Assembly (NCBI GenBank): GCA_964658305.1
Contig: OZ210884.1
Location: forward strand, 744,001-808,000
Reading direction: 5' to 3'
Length of the DNA: 64,000 nucleotides
From: Leptogorgia sarmentosa
Lineage: Eukaryota
The notes below the pieces were generated by a model. It saw only the letters and a program-made list of their open reading frames with translations. It ran no database searches and was not told where the DNA came from. Positions 1 to 13,953 of the stretch are shown here, piece by piece (positions within the stretch are counted from its first letter, which is position 1; each line of letters opens with the position of its first letter). The translations under genes were made by a program, and so were the position numbers.

Positions 1-20
1 CGACTAAGTCGAATTTACAC

Positions 21-2200
21 GAAAATCAGCAAAGAAAGCTCTGACTGAGCAACCGCCTCGATCGAGGGTTTCTAGAGCGTTATGTAATAGGAAGACTAGT
101 GCTTGCGTTGTGGAGCGTCCCTTGACAGCGACCTGGTATGGATCGATCTCATCACCAATGTCACTTAACAAGGTGAAACGTTCCATTATTTTAGCTATCT
201 GCGGCGTCAGTGATATAGGGCGTAGGTCTTTTTCGATCGTTTTGGGTGGCGCGCATTTGGGCATTGGAGAGATAAATCATCATAAGTCATCACTTTAGTA
301 TTTCTGGAATTTTTGCTTGTTCTAAAAAGCTGTTGTAGATGCCCTTACGAAAAATACACATGTAAAAACCCACATGTGAAACACATGTGGTTCACATGTG
401 GAATTGGAACAATCACATATGATTCACATATGATTCACATGTGATTCACATGTGTTTCAAATGTGGGTTTTTACATGTGTTTCAGTTCACATGTGAACAC
501 ATGTGATTGTCCCAATTCCACATGTGAACCACATGTGAAACACATGTGAATCACATGTGTATTTTTCATAAGGGTGTCGGAAATCACTGGAGATAGTTCA
601 AACGCAAAGTCTCGAAGTATTCTCTTAGGTATTTCGTCGGGACCACCTGATTTGTGGACCACACACACCAATTAGTTTTCTTCAAGGCACAATGCGCTTC
701 ATACGGCTCAACAAACATGTCAGGTGTACATTCGACTTGGTAATTGGAATCCGGCTCAAGGGGTTGAAATGACGCTGATAGAATGACAAAGAAGTTGTTA
801 ATAGCCAATTCTATTGTATCAGCAGACTCACTCAATAAGTGTTCGCACTGTTCGGGTTGACTTACACCATAGCCAATTTTTCTTTACTTCTTTCCATCAT
901 TTAGACATATGATCGTGATCCTTGATATTATGTACTTTGTTGTTGTAATATGTTCCTTTACATGATCTCACCTCGACTTGTACTTTAATACTCACATTTT
1001 AAACATACGAGCCTTGCAAGGGACGTTTGTCTCTTTTATATTAACATGCAGTTTTAACTTGCTCGACATCCATGGTTTATCATGGGCACCTGTTTTTTGT
1101 TTGTTTAACGGCGGATATGTATTAATGGCGTACATTGTATCCTCATGGAATAGGTTGAATTTATCTTCCCAGTCAACTTGGTTTCGAACCTCCCTCCATG
1201 ATTTATTACGTATCCATCTACCGAATGCACGCAGATTACTGTCTTTCATTTCTCTTTTATATGACTGAAGCTTTTTTACGAGTTTTGACGTTATAGTTAC
1301 GTCTCTTGGCTTAATAAGAATTGCGGAGTGATCATGCACTACTACCAATGTTGGGAAGTTGTGTTGGCTCGTTAAAATAATTAGGTTTATAAACCACACA
1401 AGACACACCAGTCCAATATATTGTTTCCTCTTGTTGGTACTTTAACAAGCTGTGTTAGACCGCATCTCCTTATTAGCGTGGGCACAAGTATATTAGTGCT
1501 GCAGGGATTAAAATCGCCAGCTACGACGCCAGCATCCGGATACTTGTTGAGGAAGAGATCAACATTAGAGTTAATATGTTCAATCAGTAGCTCATCGTCC
1601 TCAGCCTCAGCCGACGGAGGATGGTCGATTACTCCAATCAGAATGGTCGAAGTATGGCGTGGAAGACCATAAGGTGGATCCCCAGGGTCTCAAGGCCTGG
1701 TGACTCAAGGCCAGTCCTCATAAAAATAAAATCAGGAATATTAACTGCCCTATCAGGTATTACGTCAGTTAGCCAAGTTTCAGTGACGGGTATGACATGG
1801 GCGCCGTTTAGCTGAGCAACTGCGTCAAGTTCCTCTATTTTTGAGGTTAACGATCTTACGTTTGCCATTGGTATAGAAGAACAGTTATTACTAGGTGGCT
1901 TCGTACACAGCATGACTGCTCGAAGTTGCAACTTGGATTCTTATTAAATTATCCCACTTAACGCATTGCCCACGACGTCGTGGGTGGTGTTGGCCAATAC
2001 GAACCGGGATGTTGCACAAAGGTGATGGTGTATGTTGTACTTCAATGTTATTTAGAGAGTAGGAGGCTGGTTTTCTTATGTCATAGTTATCTCGCGAACC
2101 AGGTTCAAATAAATGTCCCAATGTGGAGGGCGCTTCTTCGGCAGAGTGGTATGAAAATTTTCCCATAACTCGGCACTACAGGTTTGCCATGGATAGCTGC
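21..2200 (-). mobile_element. Decayed non-LTR retrotransposon (CR1/L2-clade-like LINE): APE endonuclease plus N-terminal RT, inside importin intron 11
   Basis: Broken frames give APE motifs (ANVRSL..KIEEL, VTETWL, GVIYHPP, AGDFN, PTRGNNILDW, DHSAIL) and RT motifs (KSGGPDEIP, LRPISLTPQIAKIME, STTQAL, FADF). There are many frameshifts and stops. RT similarity stops after FADF near position 21. The 5' boundary is uncertain and may reach ~2640. Confidence 0.9.
342..574. mobile_element. Palindromic CACATGTG-rich MITE with CCC...GGG ends and a 2-bp TSD (EnSpm/CACTA-like)
   Basis: TIRs cccttacgaaaaatacacatg / catgtgtatttttcataaggg. 'tg' is duplicated at 340-341 and 575-576. Removing the element restores the LINE RT frame (ISD-IYN). 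Confidence 0.85.
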
Positions 2201-2872
2201 TTTCATGACGGGCTTGGTGGTGTGGCTGGTTTTTAGAGGGTTTTGCGTTTTATGACGGGATTTTCCATGCGACTGGCTTTTGGATGCGTTACGGTACGGA
2301 TGCTTTGTGGATGATTTCCAGCTATTGATGCTAGTCTCGTCTTTTTACTCATTATGATTATTAGGTTTTGCGTTGATTAAATTTGTAAATCCAGTGGAGG
2401 TTACTAATAGTTATGATCAAACGTTGATTGGCGTGCTTTATAGCGATTCTGTCGACCCGTATTTGTTCCTGGTTCCCCGCAACCATCCTCGATCTACAAC
2501 TGTCTATCGCACTTCGACAACCCTTTCCACTTCTTTCTTTTACAGATAAGATACATTGCTTAAAATAATTTCAAGCTTTCTTAAAAATGTCGAGAGCACA
2601 ATGTCGTCCAGATTCAAGAACAAAGACTTGTCGACTGCATAGTAATGACAGTAGAGAGTTTAGAGTTTAGCTACTTTGCGACGCGGTGTGCTTACTTACG
2701 CCTAGTTTCATGACACGTGAAGAAAAACCTAATCGTAGCCTGCGGACTACGAGGTATTTCTCAGATTTGGATTTTTCAAAACCTCTGAGAAGATTAGTTT
2801 TCATGTGGGTCCCAATTTAAAAATATTGAAATTGTGAAAATGAATTTTGCATATTTCAGAAATGTCCATTAC

Positions 2873-5800
2873 CTTTAACAAAATGTCCGACAAAGTTCCA
2901 ATCATGTGTAGCACACCATCTTTCTGTCTAGGATCCCTAGTTTCTGCCGGTGTGTTCAAGATTTGTACGCAAAAGTTCATGACAGGATCTAATATTTGTT
3001 TCCGCTTTTCTGTGGCGCTCCGTAATAGACACTGCGCTGCAGTCACCGGTGACACAAAATCCTCGTACACGTCTACATAAAGAATACAATTTAGAAGCAC
3101 GAAACGTAATAAACGAACAACATATCGCTATGCTTACTTGCTATTTTGCGCATGGGGTCTGGAAACGAGTCACATCAAAACGAGGGCGATGGGTGAGATC
3201 TAGAACTCTGATAAAGCACTCCTGCTCGTGTTTTGTATAAATAGTGAGAGTTAAATCATTGAACAAGTCGTTTTTAGTTTTAGTAATACGAAATTTCACT
3301 TATTTCTGGGGGTTTTCATGTGTGAAAAAGAAAATCACACGCGGAAAAAACCCATTTACATGCATAATCTACAGAACTGTGGAAACCTTATATGCAGGAT
3401 TAGCCAGTCTTCCTGGATTTGATGCGACGTCACATATTTGACTGGGGGGCGACCTACTCATCGGAATGATTTAAATGTTCACTGTTTGTGTTGGTCTTGT
3501 GCTTGGCAGCAGATGTGTACAATTTCAAAATAAACACCGCAAATAAAAATACACCAGAATAAGTTCTGAACAAATGAGTCGCTGCCAATCAAACAGAGAA
3601 CTAATTAGCCCTATGGTAGTTTGCATAATGAGTGCGTGAAGAATATGGTCACACATGCTTGAAAGAACGACCTAACCTCCATTGAATACAAAAAAAAACG
3701 ATTTCAGAATTAGCAACTTGAACGGATCATATATGATCAATCTCATTCAACATAGAAGAAATTTTATAATTGTATACTGAAATCGGGTAAAGCAGTTTAA
3801 AATCATGCCCAGAATATCAAACCAAATAGGGCAATAACTACCATGGGAGTCTATCAATCGTCGATACATTTTAGGTTGACCCCACTCAAAGTTTGAAACT
3901 CGAATGCCGCGAAATATATACAGCCCACCACACTTTACCGTATTTAAATCGAATAAACTCGTACGGATCATCTTGCCATAATTCTTCATCCTCATCCGTG
4001 TGACACATTATAGGAAATATGATCTCGATAATGATCGCCTAAAGTTAACACAGCATTGAAAGGTGTGTAAGTAAACTGGACTTTTTGATTTATACAAAAA
4101 TAACAATTCAACATGTAAACAACGATGGTGGACAATTGATAAATCTGTAAAATTCTATGAGGTACTGTGCCGTTGCTAACTGCAGAGAGAGTAATTCATG
4201 CAACAGCATACTAATAAGGCGTAGCGATTCAGCCTCGCTTTCATGTTTACTGACACATGCCTACCGAAAGGGTGTGCGGGGCGAACCCTATGATTGTCTA
4301 AAGCCAATTTGAAGCGCATGACAAAAGCGAGCAGGCAAAATAAACATTAAGGACTGGAGAGAGTTCTGAGGAGCGGGAAATTTAGTCAAAAATATTCTTA
4401 GTGTTTCTTTTATTGCTTTTTATTGCTAAGTAAATCGAAATTTCTAAAGTGCGTTTTTTGGGCAAATGCCGTTATGAGTGGCTCCAAAAATGGCGGCTCG
4501 ATGTCTCTCAGAGTACACTAGCCTTAGTGGCCTACGATGAAAAAAACCCACATGCAGTTACTAAGCAAACAAAAGCGGACGCTGACGCTCGATGTATGGA
4601 AGTTGCAAACAGTTTTCGAGAACTTTTTCTTTGGGCAAAGAAAGGCTATGCAGACCGCTTGTTTTCGTGTTGTTGCACGAGATGCATGTGTTGCTATTCC
4701 CAAACACTAGCTACAAGTTATATAAGTTACATATACGTACGTGCATGTGTGGTTTCATTACTTTCCAATGGAGTGCATTCGAAACACTGTCATGAAAAAT
4801 TAAAAACGAAAACAACTTTAGAAAGAATTTCCGTTTTTTGTACACATGAGTCATACAAATCCGATATAAAATTCTATTACATAATAAAATACCATAGCTA
4901 CAATTCATCATGAATGGTGCGGCACCGTCAGGATTTCCCGTCTTGCCCAGAGGCAATGCAGGATTTTTACACTGCGACAGCGACAGACATTCAAGCTTTC
5001 AAAAACTTTTCAAAATTGCCAAAGGAAGATTAATCAAGTAAAATTGCCCATAAATTTTGTCAGCAGGTTGGCGGAGAGGATTTCAAACAGGATGTTTAAT
5101 AAATAAATATACGAGTCAGAGAGCCATAGAGTCACAGATTCTTTAAAACTTTTGTACTTTTGTCAGAGGAAATGAATACGAAATTGTACGAAAAATGATT
5201 CCATTGCTTACCCATTTTTAAGATAGTTTAGAGCCATTTGAAGAACTCTTGGAGCGACATACACCTTCCGTCTCTGGTTGTCGAGAACTTTAAGCACAGT
5301 CTGCGTATTTCCAACTAGAAATTGTAATAGACGTTTAATTCAGGTATAGTTAGAAGTAATAAAGACGTAACATGCAAGAAGAACTAGGTGGGTAAGCTAG
5401 TGTGATGACAGACAACAATATAAAATCCCAACTACTTGGTTAACGTTAAGCCATTTCCTAATCGAGCGGAGGACTGGGTCTAGCCGCTTGTTTGGAGGGA
5501 CAAAAATAAACAATTTGCCAGCCAGGAAGTTTTTCCAAAGTTTTTCCAAACTTTCTAAACTTCCTTGTGCAACTTGAAACGCAAAAATTATAATTACGAC
5601 ATCTTCTAATATATATTTAGCTCGTTCACTATGACTTGTTGTCCCTCTAAACATCAATTAGAGCCAGTCCTTTGCTCGATTGGGAAATGGCTTATATTCA
5701 ACAACGAAATAAGTTGTAAAGTCGTTACATATTTTATTTCAGAAAACCTGACGACGCAGCTATACGCTGGGTGCGTGAGTGAGATTAGCCTGTGCCACCC

Positions 5801-8800
5801 AGGGTAACGTAGTTAAAGCAGTGATCTCTATCCCTATATGATTGCCTGAAATCAGTTTGAAGCTCATGCCGGGGAACTGCGCAGGCAAAATAAACATTGA
5901 GAAGGACTGGGAAGAATTGACAAATTGCATAATAGACAAAATTCTTAAAAAGTTCGAAATAGTACAATTCATAACAACAGCGTTAAAAAAATAAAGTAAA
6001 AACAAATTCCGTCAAAACGCAGTTTGAGACTGTAAATTTTCGACAGCCTCAAACTTCGTGTTGAGATGTCTTGTCTTTTCGTAATTTATTTTGCTTTTCA
6101 CTTTATTGTGGCAAGGTAGTTAGGATTACTGTACAACCGCCCCTCCCCCTTGTTAAAAAATACACTAACCTGCAAATGTTTTACAAAAATATGTTGCGAA
6201 TGTTTCGTACGCTGTATCAATCGAGCCCGGAGTTCCATACCTGAATGAACACATGAAAAATATCAATCTCAATCTGAGTGCTTCCTATTACACACACTAT
6301 ACTGGTCGACCTGTAGGAAACTAGGATAGTATAAACATTATCAAGACACTGATTCTTGCTATTTCTATAAAAATTTAGGAAGCGTCGGTCTTTTAAAATT
6401 TGGCACAACTACTACGACACAGTTTTGAATAATGTTCGAACAATGAAATGCGACTAATTATTTTAGTGTCCAAGAACAAGAGTGATGTTTGAAAAGAAAT
6501 CAAAACGAAAAAGCCCTCGTATTAAACATGAATTGATTTCCTCAGTAATTATACAGTATGAACCTGATCCACTACTAGGTATAGGGTTGAGGGAATTCAA
6601 TACGATGCAATGCGGGCACGTGGAGAATTCTGATGGTTGAATGTGTTCTATTAATACACTCAACTGTCGCCATGGGGATACCTTGCTATTGCTATAACAA
6701 ACACTCGTTAATTTTGGTAAATCCACTTGTAAATCCAAAACATTCCCGGCCAAAGTGTTATAGATTGTATTGCAATAGCTCTCACAATTACTCTCACTGT
6801 GAAGGCATTGCGCTATGCCTCGAACAAACATTTTTACTGTTCTACTCTCGTCACAGCGGATACATTTGGAAGTATTTTTCTCTAAACACAAACTTTTTTC
6901 GCGCAAACTAAAGATTTTGTGCGTTACCATTTCTGACGACAGAGCAAACAAGCAAAAAAAGATGCTGAAATTTGCACTGCTTTTGAGATTTATTAGTTCG
7001 TTTGTAGTAAAGCACAATTAACAGTTTGTCCGAATAAACTGGGCATTTTAAGACAAATAGCATTAGTATCTTTTCATGACATTCTCTAATTGGGAAGTTT
7101 TGTTTGCGGAGACTTGCATTAACGAGGGCTGAGCGCATTCAGCGACAATTATACACAATGCACTTTGAAATTCCAACGGGAACAATCAAGAAAAATTTAT
7201 CAACGTAAAAATCTAATTTATTCCTGTAGACGTAATTTCTACTCGATACTAACACACATCAACAATTCTAATAGCTATAATAGCGAGGTTTAGTTCTGAC
7301 TTCCGCTACCGAAACCTTCCACTGACCTAATGCTAAGATCCGAATGGCTCATGACCCCTTAATGGAAGCGGTAGTGGAAGTCGAATCTGAACCTCGCTGA
7401 TTCAGTGGTAATCAAGGCCACACCCTGTACCTTTCAAATAACCGACACATTGAATGAATAGCCCATTTCTTCAGTTTCCACCAAGGCGACTTTTCTCTCT
7501 CGTCTTCTTCAAACTGTGTACATTCCTGGCAAAACAAAACATCTGGATGGAGAAACTGAAGGTGGACGGACATTCTCGGTTAGAATGTCAGCATTTATTG
7601 AACAGCCTGCAAATCATTGAAGTCCATAAAAAGAGGAATATTTCACGGCGGTGCGAAGATATGAATTTTATCTTAAGTTGGTGAAAACAATATTTTACGA
7701 ATGAGCGCAGCGAATGAGTTCTTTTTATTATAAATACAGTCGTAAAACAGTCAGCAAAACCAATTTTTGATCGATGATGCTCGAAAATTGATTGAAATTC
7801 TTCGACTGATTACATCATCAGTGATTAATACTAGTTTGCACTCTCTATTAACGGATAATACCGGTAGCTTTTGGCACCAATAGTGACATGACATAAAGGA
7901 TTTTACTCCGTAAATCTTCAATAAAATTGCAATCAACTGAAGACTTGCCTCAGGCACAGGTTGATCGACAATAGCTTGATACATCTGCATCCATGAAGGG
8001 AGATTCTGCTCAGTAATTACATCCGTTGGAAGATTATACTAGAACAAACAATAGTTATACGCTAAAGACATGCTACGACATATATTCGATAGATACGGGG
8101 ATTTTTTAAATATCGATATTTCGAATGTTAATGTTTTGACATTAGATTTCAATCACGAAGTACTGTAACAGTGTAACTGCATGATTTGTTAGAAATGCTT
8201 CATAAATAGTTTTCCATATACGTTGCTTGTAACTAACGTGCGCATTAAAGTTATCATCGAAGTTGCGATTTTCTATCAATATTAATAAACCGAAAATGGA
8301 CACAGCGAGTCATTATATGCATGGTGTAGAAGAAAGATATCGAAAATAGAAAATCTAATTCTAAACTCTTTAAGATCAAGTTTTTAAATTGGTGTAATGA
8401 AGAAAGTGTAGCTGCCATCAAATGTGGTTAGTGAACTCTACGATTCAGCATCTACAACGATAACCTGTCGCGCATGACGGGCAAACTTTGCATTCGCCAT
8501 CATAGCTACGTCACTTCTGACACGAGACTTTCGCAGCTAAATGACTGCGTTCCAGGCGCTGAATGAATCATAAAGTTGAGTGAATGTGGTAGTTGTGATG
8601 GACTTCGTCTATTCTGCTCAGATCAGAACTTTACGAGTTTTTACGAGTCCTGTACATCTGCAAGTCTATCTTTCAAAGCATCACTGCAATGGTTAAATCG
8701 GCTCGGGAGTGTAAATATGGAATAATAGAGAATTATTCGGTTGGTAAATTCGTCAAAACATCACCGGCCTAACAATCCCATTCGTACCTGAAATACTGCA

Positions 8801-11800
8801 AAAAGAGTCTTTATGACCATTTTCTTTACTTCCGTGGCTGCCTGTGATTGGTCTTGCATTAAACTAGCACATCGTTGATACATGAGAGGTAAGAACTGCT
8901 TCATCGTGTCATGAAGTATGGTTCGTTGTTCTGCTTGCTTGAACTCATATTTCTTCACGATTTGATAGAGAGCGATCAACGCTCCGAACCAAGACGCTTG
9001 ATTATCACTCGCGAGATAATTATGAATGCTCTGTGGGGCAGTTGGCCAGTGTTCCGGGAAATCGTATGTTAATATTTTACCAATACACACGGTCAACTGT
9101 GACCTAAAATAATTTAAAATTTTCAATCATGATAATAATAATTATCACAAAGATAAACGAAGCAAGTCGCTAATTTATAAAGGAATAGAAACTTGCACGA
9201 GTGTTTACATAACTCGATGGAAACATAGGAAAACGTTTTCTATTATTTTTTTTAAATAACACGATGATAAAAGCGGAATAACGCAATAGCGAGAAGCAGC
9301 GGGAAATAGCTGTGTTTACAAATCTCACATCAGCACGGCTGTTAGCCAATCACGCGCGCGCAATCTTTTTCACTTACTTCCGGTTATTTTATAAATAGCG
9401 TTGGTGGTTGAATATCGAGCAAGGCCGCATTTTCATTTAAACTTAAGAGGGATAGAAGAATTCTTAGTGGATGCATAGCTCGTAGCTGCATGCAGCGTAA
9501 CTGTAGGATACGGTATAATAAGAGAGTTTTAAGCTTCACGTTTCTGGTCACCGGCGAACGGCAGGGTCAAACTCCAGTTGATCTCGTGTTCGTGTTTCAG
9601 CCAATCAGCGCTCAGAAAGGGTTGTCCGAATAGAAATCCATTTTGCTCTATCTATTCGATTATATCTCTCCCGTTATTCTGTGTGAAACTAGTTGAAATT
9701 TCGTAATTATGTTTGTTTATGAGAACTGTAGCTCTGACAAAAATATGAAATCGAACTAAAGTATATTATGGGAGATATTCAGTTGGATTTCTATCGGACA
9801 GCTAGTCCCAGTCCTTTTCCGTGTATTGAGGTCATCTCGCTGTCATTGCAGAATACTGGTTCAACCACTTCGTTTCAAATGTTCTTCCGCGTATCAAAAG
9901 AATAATTCAACATTGAGCTTTCAAAACAACAAGTCCATTTATACTTTACTGCCTTACAAATAAAAATTTGTCTTTCACTGGCGTTTGTCGTTTGACGAAG
10001 CTTAAGCTCTCTATTATCTCAACACGAGAGAATACGTTGTTGACAATTGGGCCAAAAACAGGCTGTGCAAGCACAGAAACTGGTGCATCAGACAATAATG
10101 GGCTGCGAATGCATAATTTGTTTACAATACATACAGCTTTTGCGCGATTTCAAGGGGTCTAACCGTTCAACTCCACCCTCCACCCTTGATATCGAACACA
10201 AACCTCTGCACAGACGGCTAAAATTACTCTACCAATGAACTCTAACTCATGAAATGAATTTGACAATATATAATTATTATACATCAGGTTGGCAACTTAA
10301 CTCGTCCACACCAGTGAGTTTTCGTTTAAAACACATACATTTCGATGCGTTTCGGTCTTCCGTCCACACTAATACGCTCAGCGTATTCACCGAAAACGTT
10401 GTTGAAAGTGAATACAAATGAAAACGCATACGTATCGTATTAGTGCATGCGGACACTCGAAAACGGATACTTTCGAAAACGATGACGTCACTTGCTTCGA
10501 TTGCCACTCTTTACCAGATCTTAAGTCAGCTTGTTGCGAAAAAATTACAACCAATATTGCCGGGTGAGCCTAATATGGCTTTTTTAATGTTTCGGGTAAA
10601 CGCAATTGTTTGTTTGCAGTTAAATTTTGCTACGACACAACGATGACTTCATACCGAAGACAAATAGCTGTTCTATGATTAGTAGCTACCTGTTTTAAGT
10701 GGGCCATTGACGGGCCCAATTCGCAAGAAACCGGTTTTGTGGCTGATAATTGATAAAACAAGCCGAAGATGCGTAAATTGCTGATTTACGTCACACTACG
10801 GTCGGATCAGTGTTTTCGAATACGTTACGAAAACTGTAGTGTGGACGCGAATCGATCGATGCGTTTTTTAGCCTCACGAAAACGCATACATTTGAAACGC
10901 ATTAGTGTGGACCTAAGGCCTAAAATGAACATAAAATACGTGGCTTTTGAAATGAAAAGTAAGTAAAAAACTACAACATAATAATCTCTGATAAATTTAC
11001 TATACATATCCACTAAACTTTGTGTTCAATGTCTTCGGATGGCTGCAAACTTTAAACATATTTTTTAATATTTTGACGAAAATTAGCTATTTGTCTTGAT
11101 GTGAGATGCCAGAGACGGCCAGAGATGTCAGATTTTCGAAAACATTTACATGCTCTAATTGGTTGAAAAATACACTTTTAATACGCGCCTGCTGTCTGCG
11201 ATTCTACTGGGCTACCTGTGCATAATCTTATGAAATTACCAATACCTTATGAGATCCGGTGAATGAATAATGGCTTCTATTATGTGATTTCGTATCAGGC
11301 TTTTATCTTCATTGGATATTACAAAGGGTGTTTCTCCAGCGACACAGTTCCTTTCATCCTTGTCGCGCCAACACTGGCTGATCATATTCTTTAAATAAAT
11401 TCCACCTAAAATGAGCACCATTTTGTAAATACATCATTTTCTAAAGTTCGGACTGTGTACCAACTGTACCAAACCTTTTTACCAAGAATTTTACAAAATC
11501 CTTGTTCCTACTTTATATTTTAAATTTAGGATGCTATCAATGTTTTATTATATTAGGGGAACTGTAAGCAATTCTGACCAGTCTTCAGTGATTAATCATG
11601 AATGCTATGATGTACAATACAACGGTAACTCTGATTATATAATAACTACAGTGAAAGGATCAGACAATCCTGCACAGTATCCTGCAGGGAAATTTCTGAA
11701 TGCTTACTCAAGAGCATAATCCTCACGAGTCATGGGAATTTTAAAATGCCGGCAATAAAATAAAATAAAATACAAAAATTTGACAGTAACACAAATTGCT

Positions 11801-13448
11801 ATCGAAAACAACAAAGAAGGAAAATAACTATTTATGGAACGTTGTTTCACTGTAGTTATTTCATAAAACAATTGCCAAATGGTTTTCCTGTGCAGGATAG
11901 CGTCATCCATGCACGTGGGATAAATAAATATTCCTGTATTTTTATACAGAAAAAATACTCATGATTTAGTATTAGCATTTCCTTTAAGGATGAACTGTGT
12001 TGCACTAATCCCAGTCAGGTTATTCAATGCTGAGTCGTCTGTTTTTTTTCTAATTTGCAACAGGCTTGAATGTTGAACAGAAGTGGGTCTGAGAAACAAA
12101 TTTTACCACTTTTATCCAAAAACCTCTTCATTGTTTAGATCAAAAGTTTGCCTATAATGGGAATTGTCTACAAATTTTGTTCTTTCTATCAGTTTTTACC
12201 TCATTTGTTAAAGGATATAATAAGGAAATAATACTTCTGGCAAAGGCATTACCAAGCCAATCCAAAAATGTTGGGTGTCTATAAATTACTTGGAGCCTTG
12301 GTGGCACAGTGGTTTCACTTCTGAGGTTGTGGGCCCAATTCTCAGTGAGAACATTGTCAATGTTACTTGAACCCAGTGCTCCACTCATGTGAAGAGTTTA
12401 CCAGGTGCTCTGGTTTCCTCCCACAAGGAAGTTGCAATGGTGTGTTAGGATAAAAACAGATAGAAATAAAATCTCAAATTTTGTGACAATAGCTAGCCAA
12501 ATGTAACCGTAAGTGTAATGTGGAGTGAACTGAACAATCTATCTATCCATCTATTTAACTTCAAATGGATCATATTTTTGCAAATGAGTCCATGCATGAA
12601 AACAAAAAAATACATGTTTTATATCTTATAGAAACCAGTGACTGTGTCTGTGTCAGTCAAAACACAGAATCAGCTTACAGCTTCAAGGAGATTTGTGTCA
12701 TGCCAAACCAGTGAACTCTATATTTCAATATCTGGAATGATAGCCTGCAGCAAAAAAGTGAAGCCAAAAATGCTGATGTCCAAATTGGCTCTGATGACAT
12801 ACTGTATGTATCAATAAAGGGGTCTGAAACTGATGTCCAAATTAGCTGTGATGGTGTTAGGACAAAATTTCTCACTGACATTTCTGGTTTAGTATCTATT
12901 CTGTGCTGTATTGAAATATAGAGTTCACTACAGTACCAAACATGTGACTGCATGACCATTTAAAACAAAATTTGATGGGAAAATGATTGTTTTGCCACTT
13001 GATATCTACGGAGGAATAGATAGCAAGTAGTCCAGTAATTAAAACTACAGTCTACAGCATTTGTGATGGTACATTGGTATGACTGTACTAATTTACCAAT
13101 ATGTCCATATTAACCATATATATGTACGTACCAGCCTGACGTAGTGGTTGTTGGACTTCTGGGGACATTACAACATGTAGCAGCTGTGACACAAAGCCAG
13201 GTGTCTTGTAAAACTAGATAAAACATGGTAAAAAAGAAAAGGCGACGAGTGCGAAGAGTGCACCGGTACATTTCCTCTTGTGAGTGACTGTGTTTATAAA
13301 CACACGTGCTTTTCAATCATGTTTACTGAATGTATTATATCAAAAAGTAACGAAATAAACCAACCTCATTTAATTGTCTCTCCGCATTGACTCTTAAATT
13401 TGGGTCCAGCGTACAGGCTAAAACGTGAGCAAGTTGATTGATCTCCAT
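2873..13448 (-). CDS. IPO7: Importin-7/8 family protein, 5' partial (exons 1-11, ~449 aa; continues beyond the window start)
   Basis: Exons: 13448-13365, 13213-13132, 11405-11246, 9103-8788, 8038-7949, 7525-7431, 6240-6170, 5314-5212, 4786-4741, 4038-3939, 3072-2873. All are phase-compatible, GT-AG except one GC-AG. Translation includes [77 protein letters not shown] and [13 protein letters not shown], all characteristic of importin-7/8. Confidence 0.95.
5447..5693. mobile_element. MITE with ~35-bp imperfect TIRs
   Basis: taagccatttcctaatcgagcggaggactgggtctag at the left is inverted as tagagccagtcctttgctcgattgggaaatggctta at the right. Confidence 0.7.
7282..7398. mobile_element. Short hairpin MITE
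   Basis: agcgaggtttagttctgacttccgctaccg ... cggtagtggaagtcgaatctgaacctcgct form an imperfect inverted pair. Confidence 0.6.
9521..10012. mobile_element. Non-autonomous TIR element (agagagcttaagc-type ends)
   Basis: Left end agagagttttaagcttcacgtt, right end gacgaagcttaagctctcta. Related fragments occur at ~63650-63925. Confidence 0.55.
10303..10920. mobile_element. PIF/Harbinger-like MITE
   Basis: Repeated gtccacact at the left, inverted agtgtggac at the right, with internal aaacgcata/gaaaacg motifs. Confidence 0.6.
12292..12556 (+). mobile_element. Degenerate tRNA-derived SINE
   Basis: A-box-like ggtggcacagtggt, a conserved SINE core-like ccaggtgctctggtttcctcccac, and a (TCTA)n tail at ~12538-12556. 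Confidence 0.55.
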
Positions 13449-13953
13449 TATAAATGCTTGAGAAATTTGCGTCTTTTATATTTCCTCGACAGCCGTTCAA
13501 ACGGCAGACATGATCACGAAGACCAAAAATCTCCAGTCAGGCGGCATTGTCGGAGATTCTAAGGCAGTCGTGAATGGTCGTGCTGTGCGGGTCTGACCAT
13601 ACTCCAGTCATAAATGAAGCTCACTGGATGCTTCAACTAAGATGCACTGAGCTATATAAAATTACTGGAGGAAACACAAGCGGACAAAGAAGAGTCGCCA
13701 CTCGCCAAAAACATGGCAGATACGCAGATTTCACTGCTAAGCTGTCAGACGCAAAAATAAAAGTGGCGCTACCAGGATTTTATTTGGGAGGGACAAGTTA
13801 AAATTTGCGAAGTTGCGCAAAACCAACCCTCAAAAAAAATATAATGGCCTATATATCTCACTCACCTAACCCCATTGAACTCTAAGTAAAGCCGAAACCT
13901 AACGGCCCAACGGGCCTAACTACTGAACTAAAGAATTCAGTGGGCTTAATTAA

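Noticed and set aside
3400..3470. SNORD31-like guide (minus-strand ccccagtcaaa complementary to the 28S P-loop) and long hairpins in importin intron 10
   Set aside because: The C box is non-canonical (CGATGA), there is no D box or closing stem, and an 11-nt rRNA match is expected by chance in 64 kb.
4449..4913. 154-aa plus-strand ORF
   Set aside because: It is antisense to importin exon 9 and repeat remnants, with no recognisable motif.
6463..7017. 184-aa ORF in importin intron 6
   Set aside because: It has no recognisable domain, the flanking exons already join in frame, and its composition looks non-coding.
7751..7821. C/D snoRNA-like TGATGA...CTGA on the minus strand in importin intron 5
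   Set aside because: There is no purine before the C box, no terminal stem and no convincing guide.
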